A DNA stretch of 64,000 nt from Bacteroidota bacterium (GCA_023396415.1 JAEWWJ010000114.1:4116-68115), one strand, 5' to 3'; counted from the stretch's first letter, positions 1 through 10,403 are shown. Notes: generated by a model not told the origin, from the letters alone. Numbers and translations: made by a program.

Positions 1-1624
1 GTTGTTGCGGAAACTCTACCGAAAGTGCTGTTGTATCTTCCTGTGTTTCACCCTCTTCGGCCATCAATGTCATCAGCTCGTCCACATCCACTTTGCCAGA
101 TTTCAAGGTCATTTCACCTTTCAAAGTGCCTTCGCTCAGGTAATATGCCAAATAGTTTTCAAGGCGGCCATTTAAACCAAAATCACTTTTACCAACCTTC
201 ATTTTTGTGTTGAGAAGGTCAACGAAAATGGGAGAAAAGTTAAGCTGGGCATTGGAAATCATCAATGGCAGTGCCATGATGGATTTATCGTCAACCAAAA
301 AGTTTTGCAAGAGTAAACTTCCACTGGCGTTGACTTGGTTAAAGCGTTCATTTTCAATGTCTGACATTCTTGCTTTTACGTTGAGGTCGGCTGTAAGCCT
401 ACCTTCCATTTTGCTGCGGTATTCCTCAGGTAGTACCTCGGTTATTTGCTTGAAATCGAGCACTCCATTGGCTGAAAGCGAAAAATCAGGATCGGAAATC
501 GGCGTGCTCAACATCAAAGCCATTGTAAAGGTCTGTTGGGCAACTTTAAAAGAAAAAGTACTGACATCAATTTGGGTGTCGTCGGGCTGTCCGGTTTTGC
601 TTTCGATGTTGGCTTTTCCGTTGATGGCACTCACGCCAACAGGCATTTCAGGATAATTGAAAGAGGCATTATTTACTTGAAGATCAAGACCATAAGCCGG
701 CATTTGCGTTTCGCTATAAACGCCTTTCACAAAACCTTTCAAGCTGAAAGTTCCTGCAGTTTTGACATCTTTAAAGGAGCTGGCATAAACCACCGGAACC
801 AACGACAACAACTGTTTGAAATTTGTATTTTTTGTTTCAAAATTGAGCAACAAGGTGTATTGATCTTCGGAGAGGCCGACAGTTCCATCAAATCCCAATG
901 ACAAATCATTCAGATTCAACACATTGTCTTTGAAAATGTAAATATCGTTTTTCAAATCAACAAGAAACACGGCATCGAAAACGGTTTTCACTGACGTCAA
1001 ATAGGAAATACCGTCATAACGAACAGTAAGGGCATCAGCCGTCATGCGTGTTGAGACTTCAGATTGATCAGTCGAAAGCGCTCCTTTCACCGTGGCATTC
1101 AGTCCGTTAATGTGGGTAAAAAACGCAAGCTCTTGGTCGTCATAAATGAGCTCGGCATCCTCAATGGCAAGCTTTTTTAATTGCAATGTAAAAGTTGTTG
1201 TATCCGTTTCATCGGCAGATGGTGTTTCAGATGCCAAAGCGATGTCCCAGTTGGCCTTTCCGTTTTCGAGCACTTTCAACTTGAGCAAGGGTTGGTTGAA
1301 CTTAACTTCCTTCAACTCAAAAGAACCTTTAAAGGCTTTTATGACATCAATGCGCAAACTTAAGACATTGGCGTAGAGCAAAGTATCATTTTCAAAATCA
1401 GTCTGGCCCACCACCGACAAGCCTTTTAGTTTGAGGGTAAAATCAGGAAACTGCCTGATCATGCCCAAGCTGGCATTCTCAAAATTGATGGTGGCCGAAA
1501 CCTGCTTATTAAGCTCCGATTTCACCAGCCTTACAATTTCTGCTCTAAAGAAAAACGGCAAAAGCAGGATCAAAACAAACAACAACAAAACTACGATTGC
1601 CAATATTTTAAAAAATTTTTTCAT
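1..1624 (-). CDS. AsmA-family protein, N-terminal part (gene continues beyond window start)
   Basis: Absent from the ORF track because there is no stop inside the window. The reverse complement from ATG 1624..1622 reads MKKFFKILAIVVLLLFVLILLLPFFFRAEIVRLVKSELNKQVSATINFENASLGMIRQFPD..., an N-terminal TM anchor followed by a long region typical of AsmA-like proteins. The plus-strand ORFs here are short and mutually overlapping. Confidence 0.7.
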   Translation of the reverse strand, partial: MKKFFKILAIVVLLLFVLILLLPFFFRAEIVRLVKSELNKQVSATINFENASLGMIRQFPDFTLKLKGLSVVGQTDFENDTLLYANVLSLRIDVIKAFKGSFELKEVKFNQPLLKLKVLENGKANWDIALASETPSADETDTTTFTLQLKKLAIEDAELIYDDQELAFFTHINGLNATVKGALSTDQSEVSTRMTADALTVRYDGISYLTSVKTVFDAVFLVDLKNDIYIFKDNVLNLNDLSLGFDGTVGLSEDQYTLLLNFETKNTNFKQLLSLVPVVYASSFKDVKTAGTFSLKGFVKGVYSETQMPAYGLDLQVNNASFNYPEMPVGVSAINGKANIESKTGQPDDTQIDVSTFSFKVAQQTFTMALMLSTPISDPDFSLSANGVLDFKQITEVLPEEYRSKMEGRLTADLNVKARMSDIENERFNQVNASGSLLLQNFLVDDKSIMALPLMISNAQLNFSPIFVDLLNTKMKVGKSDFGLNGRLENYLAYYLSEGTLKGEMTLKSGKVDVDELMTLMAEEGETQEDTTALSVEFPQQ

Positions 1625-1862
1625 GGATTAAAATTTTAAAGACGACTTTTTTAAGTGACACATCCTCTTTTGATGAACCGAAAGTTCGAATGTACGACAA
1701 ATATCAGCGATTTTGATTCATGCGCGATAAATAATTTGGAAATTGTTGCAACTTAGGTGCTAAGAAAAAAACTTGCGGCAATGATCACTTTTTCAAGTGA
1801 CAATGCATTTTTACTCGACAAAACATTTTTTAAAGCTAACCATCCTCCGTAAATCATTTTAT

Positions 1863-1870
1863 TACCTTTG
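1863..1870 (+). promoter_or_regulatory. Bacteroidota -7 promoter box TAnnTTTG (TACCTTTG)
   Basis: Exact match to TAnnTTTG, 37 nt upstream of ATG 1907. Confidence 0.45.
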
Positions 1871-1906
1871 CTAAATCATTTTAATATTCCTTATAATATC
1901 CTCATT

Positions 1907-2659
1907 ATGAAATGTTTATCTTCAAAAGCATTGTTCTTCATGCTGCTTTGTTTAGGTTTGTTTCCAAGGGATATTTTTTGCCAAAATTCTTCTTTATCGC
2001 AAGGTGATTGTGATAAATCACTTTCGTGCAGTTACAATGATGACAATCTGATCTATCAAACTTTCAATGAGTTCACCTAACTATTGCGTACAACTGTGGA
2101 ACCAAAGGACTTCAACCTTGATGCACATCCTTATCCGCTGGAGAAATTTCAAGAACCGATTGTTCTTCGACTGAAAATTCTTCCAGACTGTTACATTGAC
2201 CAAACAGCGGTGAAGTACGAATACCTCATTGGAGATTCAATTTTTAATTTTGAAACAACGGGATTGGTGGAGGATCGAAAAGGAATTTGGATCCATCCGC
2301 CCCGCAGCCTGATTGCCGAAGCCACGTTTTCGCCCTATTTTGAGTACCGATTTGAACAAAAAAAGTGGCGGAGTGGTTTTATAATTTCAAACGAAAATCC
2401 AAAAATATCTGACAAAAAACTCCTTTTTGCAAGAAACAAAACCACCATAGCAAAGGATACGCTTGTCAGGTTTAAAGATGAAGAAATAATGTGTAAACAA
2501 ATGAAAATCAACACCAAGCATAGAGGAAAGACTTATCATTCAACGATGCTTTTCAACGAAAAAATTGGCTTTGTTTATATTGATGTCCACTTCATCAATG
2601 GAAAGCAACTGAGCCTTGAACTCATAAACATGGAACCTAATTTTTGTAAAGAAAAATAA
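1907..2659 (+). pseudogene. Hypothetical secreted protein, one reading frame interrupted by an in-frame TAA (2078..2080); alternatively two adjacent ORFs
   Basis: ORFs 1868..2080 and 2084..2659 are in the same frame (both coordinates = 2 mod 3) and are separated only by TAA then CTA. The upstream part carries the signal peptide MKCLSSKALFFMLLCLGLF. The downstream part has no ATG start (TTG at 2084). Confidence 0.5.
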
Positions 2660-2717
2660 ATAGAACACACTCAGCACTTCTACCGACACACTTTCCACAA
2701 TTCATCTCCATAAAAAA

Positions 2718-2759
2718 CCGGTCATTTTTCTTTCATTTCTATGAAAGAAAAATGACCGG
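2718..2759. terminator. Bidirectional intrinsic terminator hairpin between convergent genes
   Basis: CCGGTCATTTTTCTTTCAT / ttct / ATGAAAGAAAAATGACCGG forms a perfect 19-bp stem, with an A-run on the left. Confidence 0.75.
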
Positions 2760-2788
2760 CCTCGGTCCTTAAAAAAGGATTTATATGA

Positions 2789-5725
2789 TTAATTGCGCAG
2801 CAGCAACTTCACTGTTGAAGTGGTGTTGTCGGAAATAATTTTCACAAAATAAACCCCTGATGGATAATCTTTTACATCCAAATTTTGAAGTTGGTTAACT
2901 GCCGACCAAGATTGAAGCATTTTTCCGTTTTGGTTCAACAGTTGAACTTCATAAGCCACGCCTGTTGAAGCATCAATGCGGAAAGAACCGTTGGTCGGAT
3001 TGGGGTAAACGCTCTGAGCTTTTACATTTTGATCGTTAAGCCCTACATATTCATCAAAAACGAAAACCCATGTTTGCGCATTTTCATTGTCGGGGCCACC
3101 GGCGATGTTGGCTGTTGGCACAACTTTCCAATAGTTTGGTACTTCAAAGGCGTAATTGAAATTGGTGTTGTCCAACAGTTCAAGCGAAAAATTCGTGACC
3201 CCACTTTGGTAGTTGACAATCCCAACCGGAGTGTTCCATGGAGCGCTTGTTGTATCGGCTGCAGCATAAACTTTAAAGGCAACAGGCAGTGTATGTTGGG
3301 GTTGTGGAGTAAACTGCCATCCAAAATTAACACGCAAAGCATCGCCTAAACGGATGATGCCGCCATTGACCGGACTTGGATTTTCAACCAAATTAGGATA
3401 AGGAACTAAGCCGGTCGAAAACGACCATGTAGTTACGTTTTGTGCATCTGGGCCGCTATTTTGATCCATCGTTGGAACTACTTTCCAATAATAGGTAGTA
3501 GCATAATTCAAATTGAAAGCGGCCAAAGAAACAGTGTAAGCACTCACACCGGTAGTGTAAGGAATCCAAGCAAGAAAATCAGCTGCGCCGGGTGTTGCCG
3601 ATGTTCCAACATATACTTTAAAACCCACAGGATCGAGGTGCGATGGAACGCTGGTATAAGTCCAACCCAAATTACTGAGATTTACACCCACTTGAGCTTC
3701 ATTTAAAGGAACAGGATTTTCAGCCGGTTGTGGAAAAGGATTCACAAACAACTCTGTTTCAAAACTCCAAACAACAACTCCGCTGGCATCAGGACCATTA
3801 ACTACATCAGCAGTGGGGACGACTTTCCAAAAATAAGTTGTTGCATAATCCAAAGTCGTCGAAGCAGCTGAATAGTTTTCTGTTCCAGGCACAAAGTCCA
3901 CCACTGCAAAGGGATCAACACCTGTGAAATCATTGGTGGTATTCAAATAAACTTTAAAGGCCACCGGATTCACGAAGGCTGAATTGGCTATAAAACTCCA
4001 TTGCAGGGCAGGCAAAGCTACTTGCACATTGCTACTGCCATCAACCGGCACAGGATTTTGAGCTTCAGTGGGATAAGGATTTGCCATTTCATCGGCACCG
4101 ATATCCGGGGTAACAGCATCCCGGACGTCGCCATCATAATCAAGGGCGATATTCACCGGAGTAGCTACCGGCTGTGCGTTTCCGCGAACTACGGTTGTGG
4201 CCAACGGTTGCACATGAAGGTCGTTGACACCAACAAATGGAACATCTTCAGTAACTGAATTTTGATCGAAAGTAACAGCCCGTGTCTTATAATCGGCCAG
4301 GGTTTGATCAACAGCAGGTGCTGAAGAATTGTGGCCATAAAAAATAACATTGTTGGCTGATGGCACACCTGCATAATACAGGTTATTGTCGGCCCCGGCA
4401 GTAACGTTCGTTAAGCTGGGCGTACGTTTGAAAAAAGCTGCCCCGATTCCCGTGGCTCCTTCAGGATAAGTAGTTTTGTTGATGAAGATGTTGTTGCGCA
4501 TCTGCACAGGATCGGAATTGTTATAAATGATAAATGCAGCCGAATTATGCACGGGGTTGGTAGCTGTAAAATCAAGTAAAACAGTGTTGTACATTAAAAA
4601 AACTTCGCCATACGAACGCACATTGATGCCCCTCGTTGCAGCATTACCGCCAATAGATGAGGCTGGCGCTTCAATGCCCCAAACCATATTGTTGTAAACG
4701 TATGCCACAATATCGGTTCCGAAAACAATCAAACCATCGGCTGAGCTGTTGCTGCCGCCAGTGGCCGAAACATCATAAATTTTATTGTTGGCAAAGGTGT
4801 AAGTGGCTTTACGCGCACTCAAATAGCAGCCATAAATACTTGTGAAAGAAGATGTTAGACTATGAAAAGTATTATTGGTAATCACAAATTCATTGTCGAG
4901 AGGGGCGCTTGGGTTTCCACTCAGTGTAGATAAACCCGCGGGAGCAGTCGTTCCTTCACCAATACGGGTGAGATTGCGGACGGTAATGCCATCTAAGGTA
5001 AAACCATTTTGATCGTCCACCAAAACACCGGCCAAAACTATGTCTTGAATAATGTGTTCGCCTCCGTTGATGGTTTTCACTTCGTTTCCAACAGCCATTA
5101 AAGTAGTGTTGCTATTGGCACCATCAAAGCTGTAACCAATCATCATATTCTGTAATGTATTATTATAGAAATGATTATGATTGGTGTTGCCATCAAGCTC
5201 AGTGGCTGTAAATGCAGGCACTACATTAATTCCAACGGTTTGAATGGGATTCATTTTGTTGAGGGTAATCACACAGTTTTGAACCGTATTGTGATGGGCG
5301 CCATTGGTTGCGCTGCTGCTGCTGATCCAAATACCATAATCGAGATTATCAGACTGATCCTGAATGTCTAAGCCATCCAATGTGATATAATCACCCCCAC
5401 TGAGTTGAAATCCGGCCTCAGCATTGGACACCGTTGCCGTAAACTTGATGATGGGTCGTGAAGACATTCCGTTCCACATAATTTTGATGGGCGAGGTAAC
5501 TGAGCCACTCGCAGTAATTGTCAAGGGAGAGGATTCAAAGACAGTTCCTCCGGCAAGTAGAAAAGTGATTCCACTGCCGCCTGAACCGTATTGATTCAAC
5601 GAATCAACAACAGCTTGCATCGTGGGGTAATTTGTTGAAGGAACCTGACGTTCGCCGCTCAGCTGCGCAAACATAGCCATCGGAATGATGAATATGGACA
5701 GTGCTAAAAAGAAAAAATATTTCAT
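2789..5725 (-). CDS. T9SS-sorted surface protein with a beta-helix-like region and four FN3-like repeats
   Basis: 978 aa with signal peptide MKYFFFLALSIFIIPMAMFAQ. There is a long Asn/Gly/Thr-rich region resembling a right-handed beta-helix. Four ~95 aa tandem repeats each end in YATTY(F/Y)WKVVPT-like strings. The C-terminus VYPNPTNGSFRI...GVYFVKI...VKLLLRN matches the T9SS C-terminal sorting domain pattern. Confidence 0.85.
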   Translation of the reverse strand: MKYFFFLALSIFIIPMAMFAQLSGERQVPSTNYPTMQAVVDSLNQYGSGGSGITFLLAGGTVFESSPLTITASGSVTSPIKIMWNGMSSRPIIKFTATVSNAEAGFQLSGGDYITLDGLDIQDQSDNLDYGIWISSSSATNGAHHNTVQNCVITLNKMNPIQTVGINVVPAFTATELDGNTNHNHFYNNTLQNMMIGYSFDGANSNTTLMAVGNEVKTINGGEHIIQDIVLAGVLVDDQNGFTLDGITVRNLTRIGEGTTAPAGLSTLSGNPSAPLDNEFVITNNTFHSLTSSFTSIYGCYLSARKATYTFANNKIYDVSATGGSNSSADGLIVFGTDIVAYVYNNMVWGIEAPASSIGGNAATRGINVRSYGEVFLMYNTVLLDFTATNPVHNSAAFIIYNNSDPVQMRNNIFINKTTYPEGATGIGAAFFKRTPSLTNVTAGADNNLYYAGVPSANNVIFYGHNSSAPAVDQTLADYKTRAVTFDQNSVTEDVPFVGVNDLHVQPLATTVVRGNAQPVATPVNIALDYDGDVRDAVTPDIGADEMANPYPTEAQNPVPVDGSSNVQVALPALQWSFIANSAFVNPVAFKVYLNTTNDFTGVDPFAVVDFVPGTENYSAASTTLDYATTYFWKVVPTADVVNGPDASGVVVWSFETELFVNPFPQPAENPVPLNEAQVGVNLSNLGWTYTSVPSHLDPVGFKVYVGTSATPGAADFLAWIPYTTGVSAYTVSLAAFNLNYATTYYWKVVPTMDQNSGPDAQNVTTWSFSTGLVPYPNLVENPSPVNGGIIRLGDALRVNFGWQFTPQPQHTLPVAFKVYAAADTTSAPWNTPVGIVNYQSGVTNFSLELLDNTNFNYAFEVPNYWKVVPTANIAGGPDNENAQTWVFVFDEYVGLNDQNVKAQSVYPNPTNGSFRIDASTGVAYEVQLLNQNGKMLQSWSAVNQLQNLDVKDYPSGVYFVKIISDNTTSTVKLLLRN

Positions 5726-5857
5726 ATCACGTAATTTTTATGAAGGTCAAAAGTACTTAAAATCATAAAGAGCAACAGTAAATAAAGTAAAAACACAGTG
5801 ATTGCAACTGATGATGCCGAAAAAAACCTCAAAAGTCGTTTACTAACATGAAAGGTA

Positions 5858-5865
5858 TATTTTTG
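5858..5865 (+). promoter_or_regulatory. Bacteroidota -7 promoter box (TATTTTTG)
   Basis: Exact TAnnTTTG, 42 nt upstream of ATG 5907. Confidence 0.45.
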
Positions 5866-5906
5866 CATTTCTAACGCATTGATTAAATCCACTTCAGAAG
5901 TTTCAA

Positions 5907-8549
5907 ATGAAAAAAAAATCTACCCTCTTCCGCCTCATCGCGGCTCTTGTCGTCCTCTTATCCACACCATTTTCAACTGAGGCAGCCTGGCTAAAAAATG
6001 AAAATATTGAAATTTCGCAACCCAATGGGACTGTAATCCATTGCTTTGCAACAGGAGACGAGTTTTATAACTGGCTTCACGACGCCCAAAACTACACCAT
6101 CATACAAAGTGAAACTGATGGCTTTTATTACTACGCAGAGCTGATTAATGGCCAACTTCAACCCTCTGCTTTGAAAGTTGGAGAAGGCAATCCTGAAACT
6201 TTTGGACTAACTCCCAATGTCAATATCAGTGCGGAACAAATGAAAGCACGCAAAGAGTTTATGCAGCAAGAAATGCGGTTTTACGAACCCAACCGTGTGC
6301 CTGGAAGAGCCGAAGGCACGCTCAACAACTTGGTGATGTACATCCGTTTTAGCGACCAAGATGAATTTACCTCCGACACCGCCGTTGATTACAACCGTTT
6401 CAACTCAACGGCACCCAATGCCAACTCCATGGTGAACTATTACCAAGAAGTTTCATATGGACAACTCCACTTACCCTCAACCTTTTACCCCAAAACTACA
6501 GATGCTTTCGTTCGGTCGTATCAAGACAGTTTTCCCAGAAGTTATTATATGCCCTACAACGCGGTGACCAACCCCAACGGCTACCAAAACGATTCACAAC
6601 GCACCAACCGCGAGCACACACTTTTAGCCAACACGGTGACGTATATGAACCTCAATTCACCCATCCCGGAAAACATTGACCTCGACTACAACAATGATGG
6701 AAATGTGGACAATGTGGTATTTATTGTTAGAGGAGCTCCAACTGCCTGGTCCACTTTGCTTTGGCCTCACCGATGGAGTCTCTACACACAAGACGTTTAT
6801 ATCAATGGCAAAAGGGTGTATGACTTTAATTTTCAGCTCGAAACCAGCCTGAACAGCAGTGGCGTAGGGGTGCTTTGTCATGAAATGTTTCACAGTTTGG
6901 GTGCTCCCGACCTCTATCGGTACGAAACCACCGACATTACTCCCGTCGGTCCTTGGGACGTGATGGCTTCCAACAATAATCCGCCGCAATATATGGGTGC
7001 GTTTATGAAGTATAAATATGGAGGCTGGATTGAATCCATTCCATGGATTACCGAAAGCGGCACCTACACACTCAATCCGCTGCAAAGCAGCCAAAACAAT
7101 GCGTACAGAATTCCTTCTGCCAACTCATCCTCAGAATATTTTTTGATCGAATTTCGTAAAAAAGACGGCACTTTTGATGGCACACTCTCCAAATCGGGGA
7201 TGTTGATTTACCGCATCAATCCCAATGCCGGCAACGGAAACGCCAGCGGGCCGCCGGATGAGGTCTATGTTTTCAGGCCCAATGGCAGCCCCAACAACAG
7301 CGGCAGTTTAAATGAAGCCTTATTTGCTGCCAACTATGGCCGAACCGCCTTTAACAACACCACAAACCCTTATCCCTTCCTCCAAAATGGAAATGACGGC
7401 GGCATCTATATCTCTGATATTTCGAGCATTGGCGAAACAATGAGCTTTACAATTGATTTTCCTGGCACGGTTGAAGCACAGATTGAAACAAGTGTTCGGG
7501 TAGCCTGTCAAAACGATCCGGTGCAACTTTTCGATGCTTCAGTGGGATTGCCTTCCAGTTGGCAATGGAGTATCACTCCAAACACTTTCACCTTTCTAAA
7601 TGGTACCAACGCCAACTCAAAAGATCCTATAGTTGCTTTCACTGATTTGGGTTCATATACCATAAGTCTTACATCATCAAATAGTTACGGAACATCAACT
7701 GTTGAAATGACCGATTTTATCCATATTGGAAGTCAAGTCGGATATTTTACTGATGACTTTGAATCTGCCACCTTGAGCCAAGGTTCGTGGAAAGTTGAAA
7801 ATCCTGATGACGGTGTTACTTGGAGCATTTTCCCAACCGGCGGAAACGGTGGAACCATGTCAGCCGGCATCAACTTTCGCACTTATTATGCTATCAACCA
7901 ACGTGATAGGCTTATTTCGATGCCTTTTGACCTCAGTGGGATGAGTAGTGCCTATCTAAGTTTTGAACACGCTTATGCGCAAAATGCAGCCTACACCCAA
8001 GTGAGCGATTCTCTTATTGTGCTTGTTTCCGGCGACTGCGGTCTCAACTGGCAACGCATTGCCACCTACGGCGAAAACGGAAGTGGGAGTTTTGCTACAC
8101 ATTTGCCTGCATCTGAAATATTTTTTCCAGAATCTGCAACTGACTGGTGCGGCAATGGATGGGGAAGCCCCTGTTACACCCTCGACCTCAGCCCTTGGGC
8201 AGGAATGACTGATGTACGCATTGCGTTTGAATCGGTGAGTTTTTATGGCAACCCGCTGATGATTGACAACATCGTTGTTTCTCAATTTGTGGGCATTGAA
8301 TCCACTTCCGAAAAACCTCAACTGTGCCTCGTCCCTAATCCATCGCAAGGCAGCTTCACTCTTCAAACACTCGATAACCATCACTATGAAAAAGTTTCTG
8401 TGATGGATGCCAAAGGACAAATGGTTGCAGTTTATCCTTGGAAAAAATCCATGCAATTGAATGAAAATCAACAATGGGAAAGTGGTGTTTATTCGCTACT
8501 CATCAGCAGCAAAGAACATCAAGTTGTGAAAAAAGTGGTTGTTCATTAG
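5907..8549 (+). CDS. M6-type (immune inhibitor A-like) zinc metalloprotease with a T9SS C-terminal sorting domain
   Basis: 880 aa with signal peptide MKKKSTLFRLIAALVVLLSTPFSTEA and zinc motif HEMFHSLGAPDLY (HExxH). PKD-like and MAM/lectin-like middle segments follow. The C-terminus LVPNPSQGSFTL...GVYSLLI...KKVVVH is T9SS CTD-like. Confidence 0.8.
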   Translation: MKKKSTLFRLIAALVVLLSTPFSTEAAWLKNENIEISQPNGTVIHCFATGDEFYNWLHDAQNYTIIQSETDGFYYYAELINGQLQPSALKVGEGNPETFGLTPNVNISAEQMKARKEFMQQEMRFYEPNRVPGRAEGTLNNLVMYIRFSDQDEFTSDTAVDYNRFNSTAPNANSMVNYYQEVSYGQLHLPSTFYPKTTDAFVRSYQDSFPRSYYMPYNAVTNPNGYQNDSQRTNREHTLLANTVTYMNLNSPIPENIDLDYNNDGNVDNVVFIVRGAPTAWSTLLWPHRWSLYTQDVYINGKRVYDFNFQLETSLNSSGVGVLCHEMFHSLGAPDLYRYETTDITPVGPWDVMASNNNPPQYMGAFMKYKYGGWIESIPWITESGTYTLNPLQSSQNNAYRIPSANSSSEYFLIEFRKKDGTFDGTLSKSGMLIYRINPNAGNGNASGPPDEVYVFRPNGSPNNSGSLNEALFAANYGRTAFNNTTNPYPFLQNGNDGGIYISDISSIGETMSFTIDFPGTVEAQIETSVRVACQNDPVQLFDASVGLPSSWQWSITPNTFTFLNGTNANSKDPIVAFTDLGSYTISLTSSNSYGTSTVEMTDFIHIGSQVGYFTDDFESATLSQGSWKVENPDDGVTWSIFPTGGNGGTMSAGINFRTYYAINQRDRLISMPFDLSGMSSAYLSFEHAYAQNAAYTQVSDSLIVLVSGDCGLNWQRIATYGENGSGSFATHLPASEIFFPESATDWCGNGWGSPCYTLDLSPWAGMTDVRIAFESVSFYGNPLMIDNIVVSQFVGIESTSEKPQLCLVPNPSQGSFTLQTLDNHHYEKVSVMDAKGQMVAVYPWKKSMQLNENQQWESGVYSLLISSKEHQVVKKVVVH

Positions 8550-8747
8550 AAGGAGAGGAGGTCGAGGATCAAAGGTCTTAGGTCGTAATCAAAACGATGA
8601 TTGATTTACGATTTTGAACTTACGAATTACGATTTGTGTTCTAAAACGCTCATCGTTTTAAGACAAAAGATCAAAGGCAAAAGATAATAAAGGGATGGAT
8701 AATTTGCGATGAATGATTGTGTTTTAAAACGTAAGACGTTGTAAATC

Positions 8748-8787
8748 AAATTTTGAATCTTGAATCTTGAATCCCAGAACAAAAAAC
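8748..8787. repeat. Intergenic repeat with tandem TGAATCT heptamers; a second copy lies at 26649..26710
   Basis: AAATTTTGAATCTTGAATCTTGAATCCCAGAACAAAAAAC recurs nearly verbatim at 26649..26710. Both copies sit in convergent-gene spacers directly 3' of a minus-strand stop codon. Confidence 0.7.
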
Positions 8788-8795
8788 TATAACAC

Positions 8796-10091
8796 TTACT
8801 TTTTTGAAACCATAATTTGCAATAGCATTTCATCGGTTTGCATCATTCCTTTTGATCCGATCTGGCCCAAATTGTAAATTGTTTGTTCAATGTCGTCTTC
8901 GATAATTCCGTCATTGGACGAAACCACCACCCCTTCAATTGCAAGCAAAGCCGATTGAACTGCAGCAGCAACACAGGTACTCACCTTTAACGCACATCCT
9001 TCTTTTGCACCGTCGCAGGCCATACCTGTAATGTTAGCAATCATGTTTTTTATGGTATAAACCATTTCATTTTTGTCACCTTTCATCAAATAAGAGATGC
9101 CGCAACCTGCTCCTATGGCCGCCACAACCACTCCGCAAAGGGCCGAGAGCCTGCCGAGGTGGCGTTTGATATGTATCGTTGTGAGGTGCGAAATTACCAG
9201 CGCACGGGCCAGTTGCTCAGGATTGGAATTTAATTTTTTTGCCACAGAATACACCGGCATGGTGGCAGTAATTCCCTGATTTCCACTTCCTGAGTTGCTC
9301 ATCACCGGTAAAACCGAACCTGCCATCCGTGCATCGCAGGCAGCTGCTGTAATGGCCATCGCATTGTTGATCAAATCATCTGAAATGATTCCGCGGTCAA
9401 CAAAACCCATCATTTTGCGTCCCACCATCAAACCATAATCCTTAGACAAACCCTCGTCGGCAATGGCTTTGTTATATTCAACGGTTAGATGAAGGAATTC
9501 TATTTGATGGTAAGGAACTTCAGTTGCAAAGGCAAAAATGCCACCAACAGAAAGTGGAGGGAGAATCTGCTCTGCAACTGCCGAGCCATTTTCTTCAACT
9601 TTTCTGTTCTCACCACTACATTCCAGCATATCGCCATTCAGCTCTACGTGCGAAATATTATTGTGTTTTGTGGTTATGACAGCTTTTGAAGTGGCATTGC
9701 CTTCACCAAAACATAGGGCTTCGATATAGAGTTTCTCGGTATTTTTTTTCACCGCTATCTTCACCCTATCCTCAGCAACCATCGCTTTGGCCTTTGTCAC
9801 AGCCTTATTGTCAACGCCTTTAAGCACTTCAAGACAATCTGAAGATTTTCCGTAAACAGCACCTAAGGCTGCCGCAATGGGAAGTCCGGTAATTCCGGTG
9901 CCGGGAATGCCCACCCCCATGCCATTTTTAAAAATATTGGCGCTTAACAAAAGTTCAACCCGTTGGGGTTTTTCGCCCAAAACCTCGCGCGCACGCGCCA
10001 CAGCCAGCGCTACAGCAATGGGTTCGGTGCAACCAAGTGCCAGCACCACTTCTGAATTTAACAGGTCAAGATAAGCTTGAAAATTCTTCAT
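8796..10091 (-). CDS. UPF0597 / YhaM(CyuA)-like L-cysteine desulfidase family protein (serine dehydratase alpha-like)
   Basis: Strings shared with E. coli YhaM: ALGCTEPIAVALA, GIPGTGITGLPIAAALGAV, MSNSGSGNQGITATMPV, RLSALCG, CDGAKEGCALKVST. The start is set at MKNFQAY (10091) because a -7 box sits 30 nt upstream and the longer track ORF adds a non-homologous extension. Confidence 0.85.
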   Translation of the reverse strand: MKNFQAYLDLLNSEVVLALGCTEPIAVALAVARAREVLGEKPQRVELLLSANIFKNGMGVGIPGTGITGLPIAAALGAVYGKSSDCLEVLKGVDNKAVTKAKAMVAEDRVKIAVKKNTEKLYIEALCFGEGNATSKAVITTKHNNISHVELNGDMLECSGENRKVEENGSAVAEQILPPLSVGGIFAFATEVPYHQIEFLHLTVEYNKAIADEGLSKDYGLMVGRKMMGFVDRGIISDDLINNAMAITAAACDARMAGSVLPVMSNSGSGNQGITATMPVYSVAKKLNSNPEQLARALVISHLTTIHIKRHLGRLSALCGVVVAAIGAGCGISYLMKGDKNEMVYTIKNMIANITGMACDGAKEGCALKVSTCVAAAVQSALLAIEGVVVSSNDGIIEDDIEQTIYNLGQIGSKGMMQTDEMLLQIMVSKK

Positions 10092-10120
10092 TTCCAAATT
10101 TGGGATTAAAATAATTTTGG

Positions 10121-10128
10121 CAAAATTA
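10121..10128 (-). promoter_or_regulatory. Bacteroidota -7 promoter box (TAATTTTG on minus strand)
   Basis: The plus strand reads CAAAATTA. It lies 30 nt upstream of start 10091. Confidence 0.45.
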
Positions 10129-10403
10129 TCAAGATATATCAAGCAAAAGACACCAAATAGGTCAAGGTGTAGCCACAATGCTCCATCGTGGGGTAAAGTA
10201 ACGCCAATATGAATAAGCATTTCGTAAAAATTTCAATTTATAGACATGATATACAATCTGTTATGTAAAGATATCTGCCTATTTTGAATGTGTCTAATTA
10301 GAGCATTGTAACATGATTGTAGTATAAAAAACGACCTTCACGTTGGAGCTTAGGTGATTCTTTAGGGAATAAAATGGATAGCAATGCGCAATGGGTAAAA
10401 AAA

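Noticed and set aside
25-1631. Six short plus-strand ORFs (62-149 aa) covering the first 1.6 kb.
   Set aside because: They overlap one another in different frames and have no recognisable motifs. They lie antisense to an uninterrupted minus-strand frame that starts at ATG 1624 with a clean TM anchor and runs off the window (the AsmA-like gene).
10092-10220. N-terminal 43-codon extension of the YhaM-like ORF (track start 10220).
   Set aside because: Homology to YhaM-type proteins begins at MKNFQAY (10091). A TAnnTTTG box lies inside the extension at 10121..10128, and the extension sequence (MLIHIGVTLPHDG...) looks non-coding.
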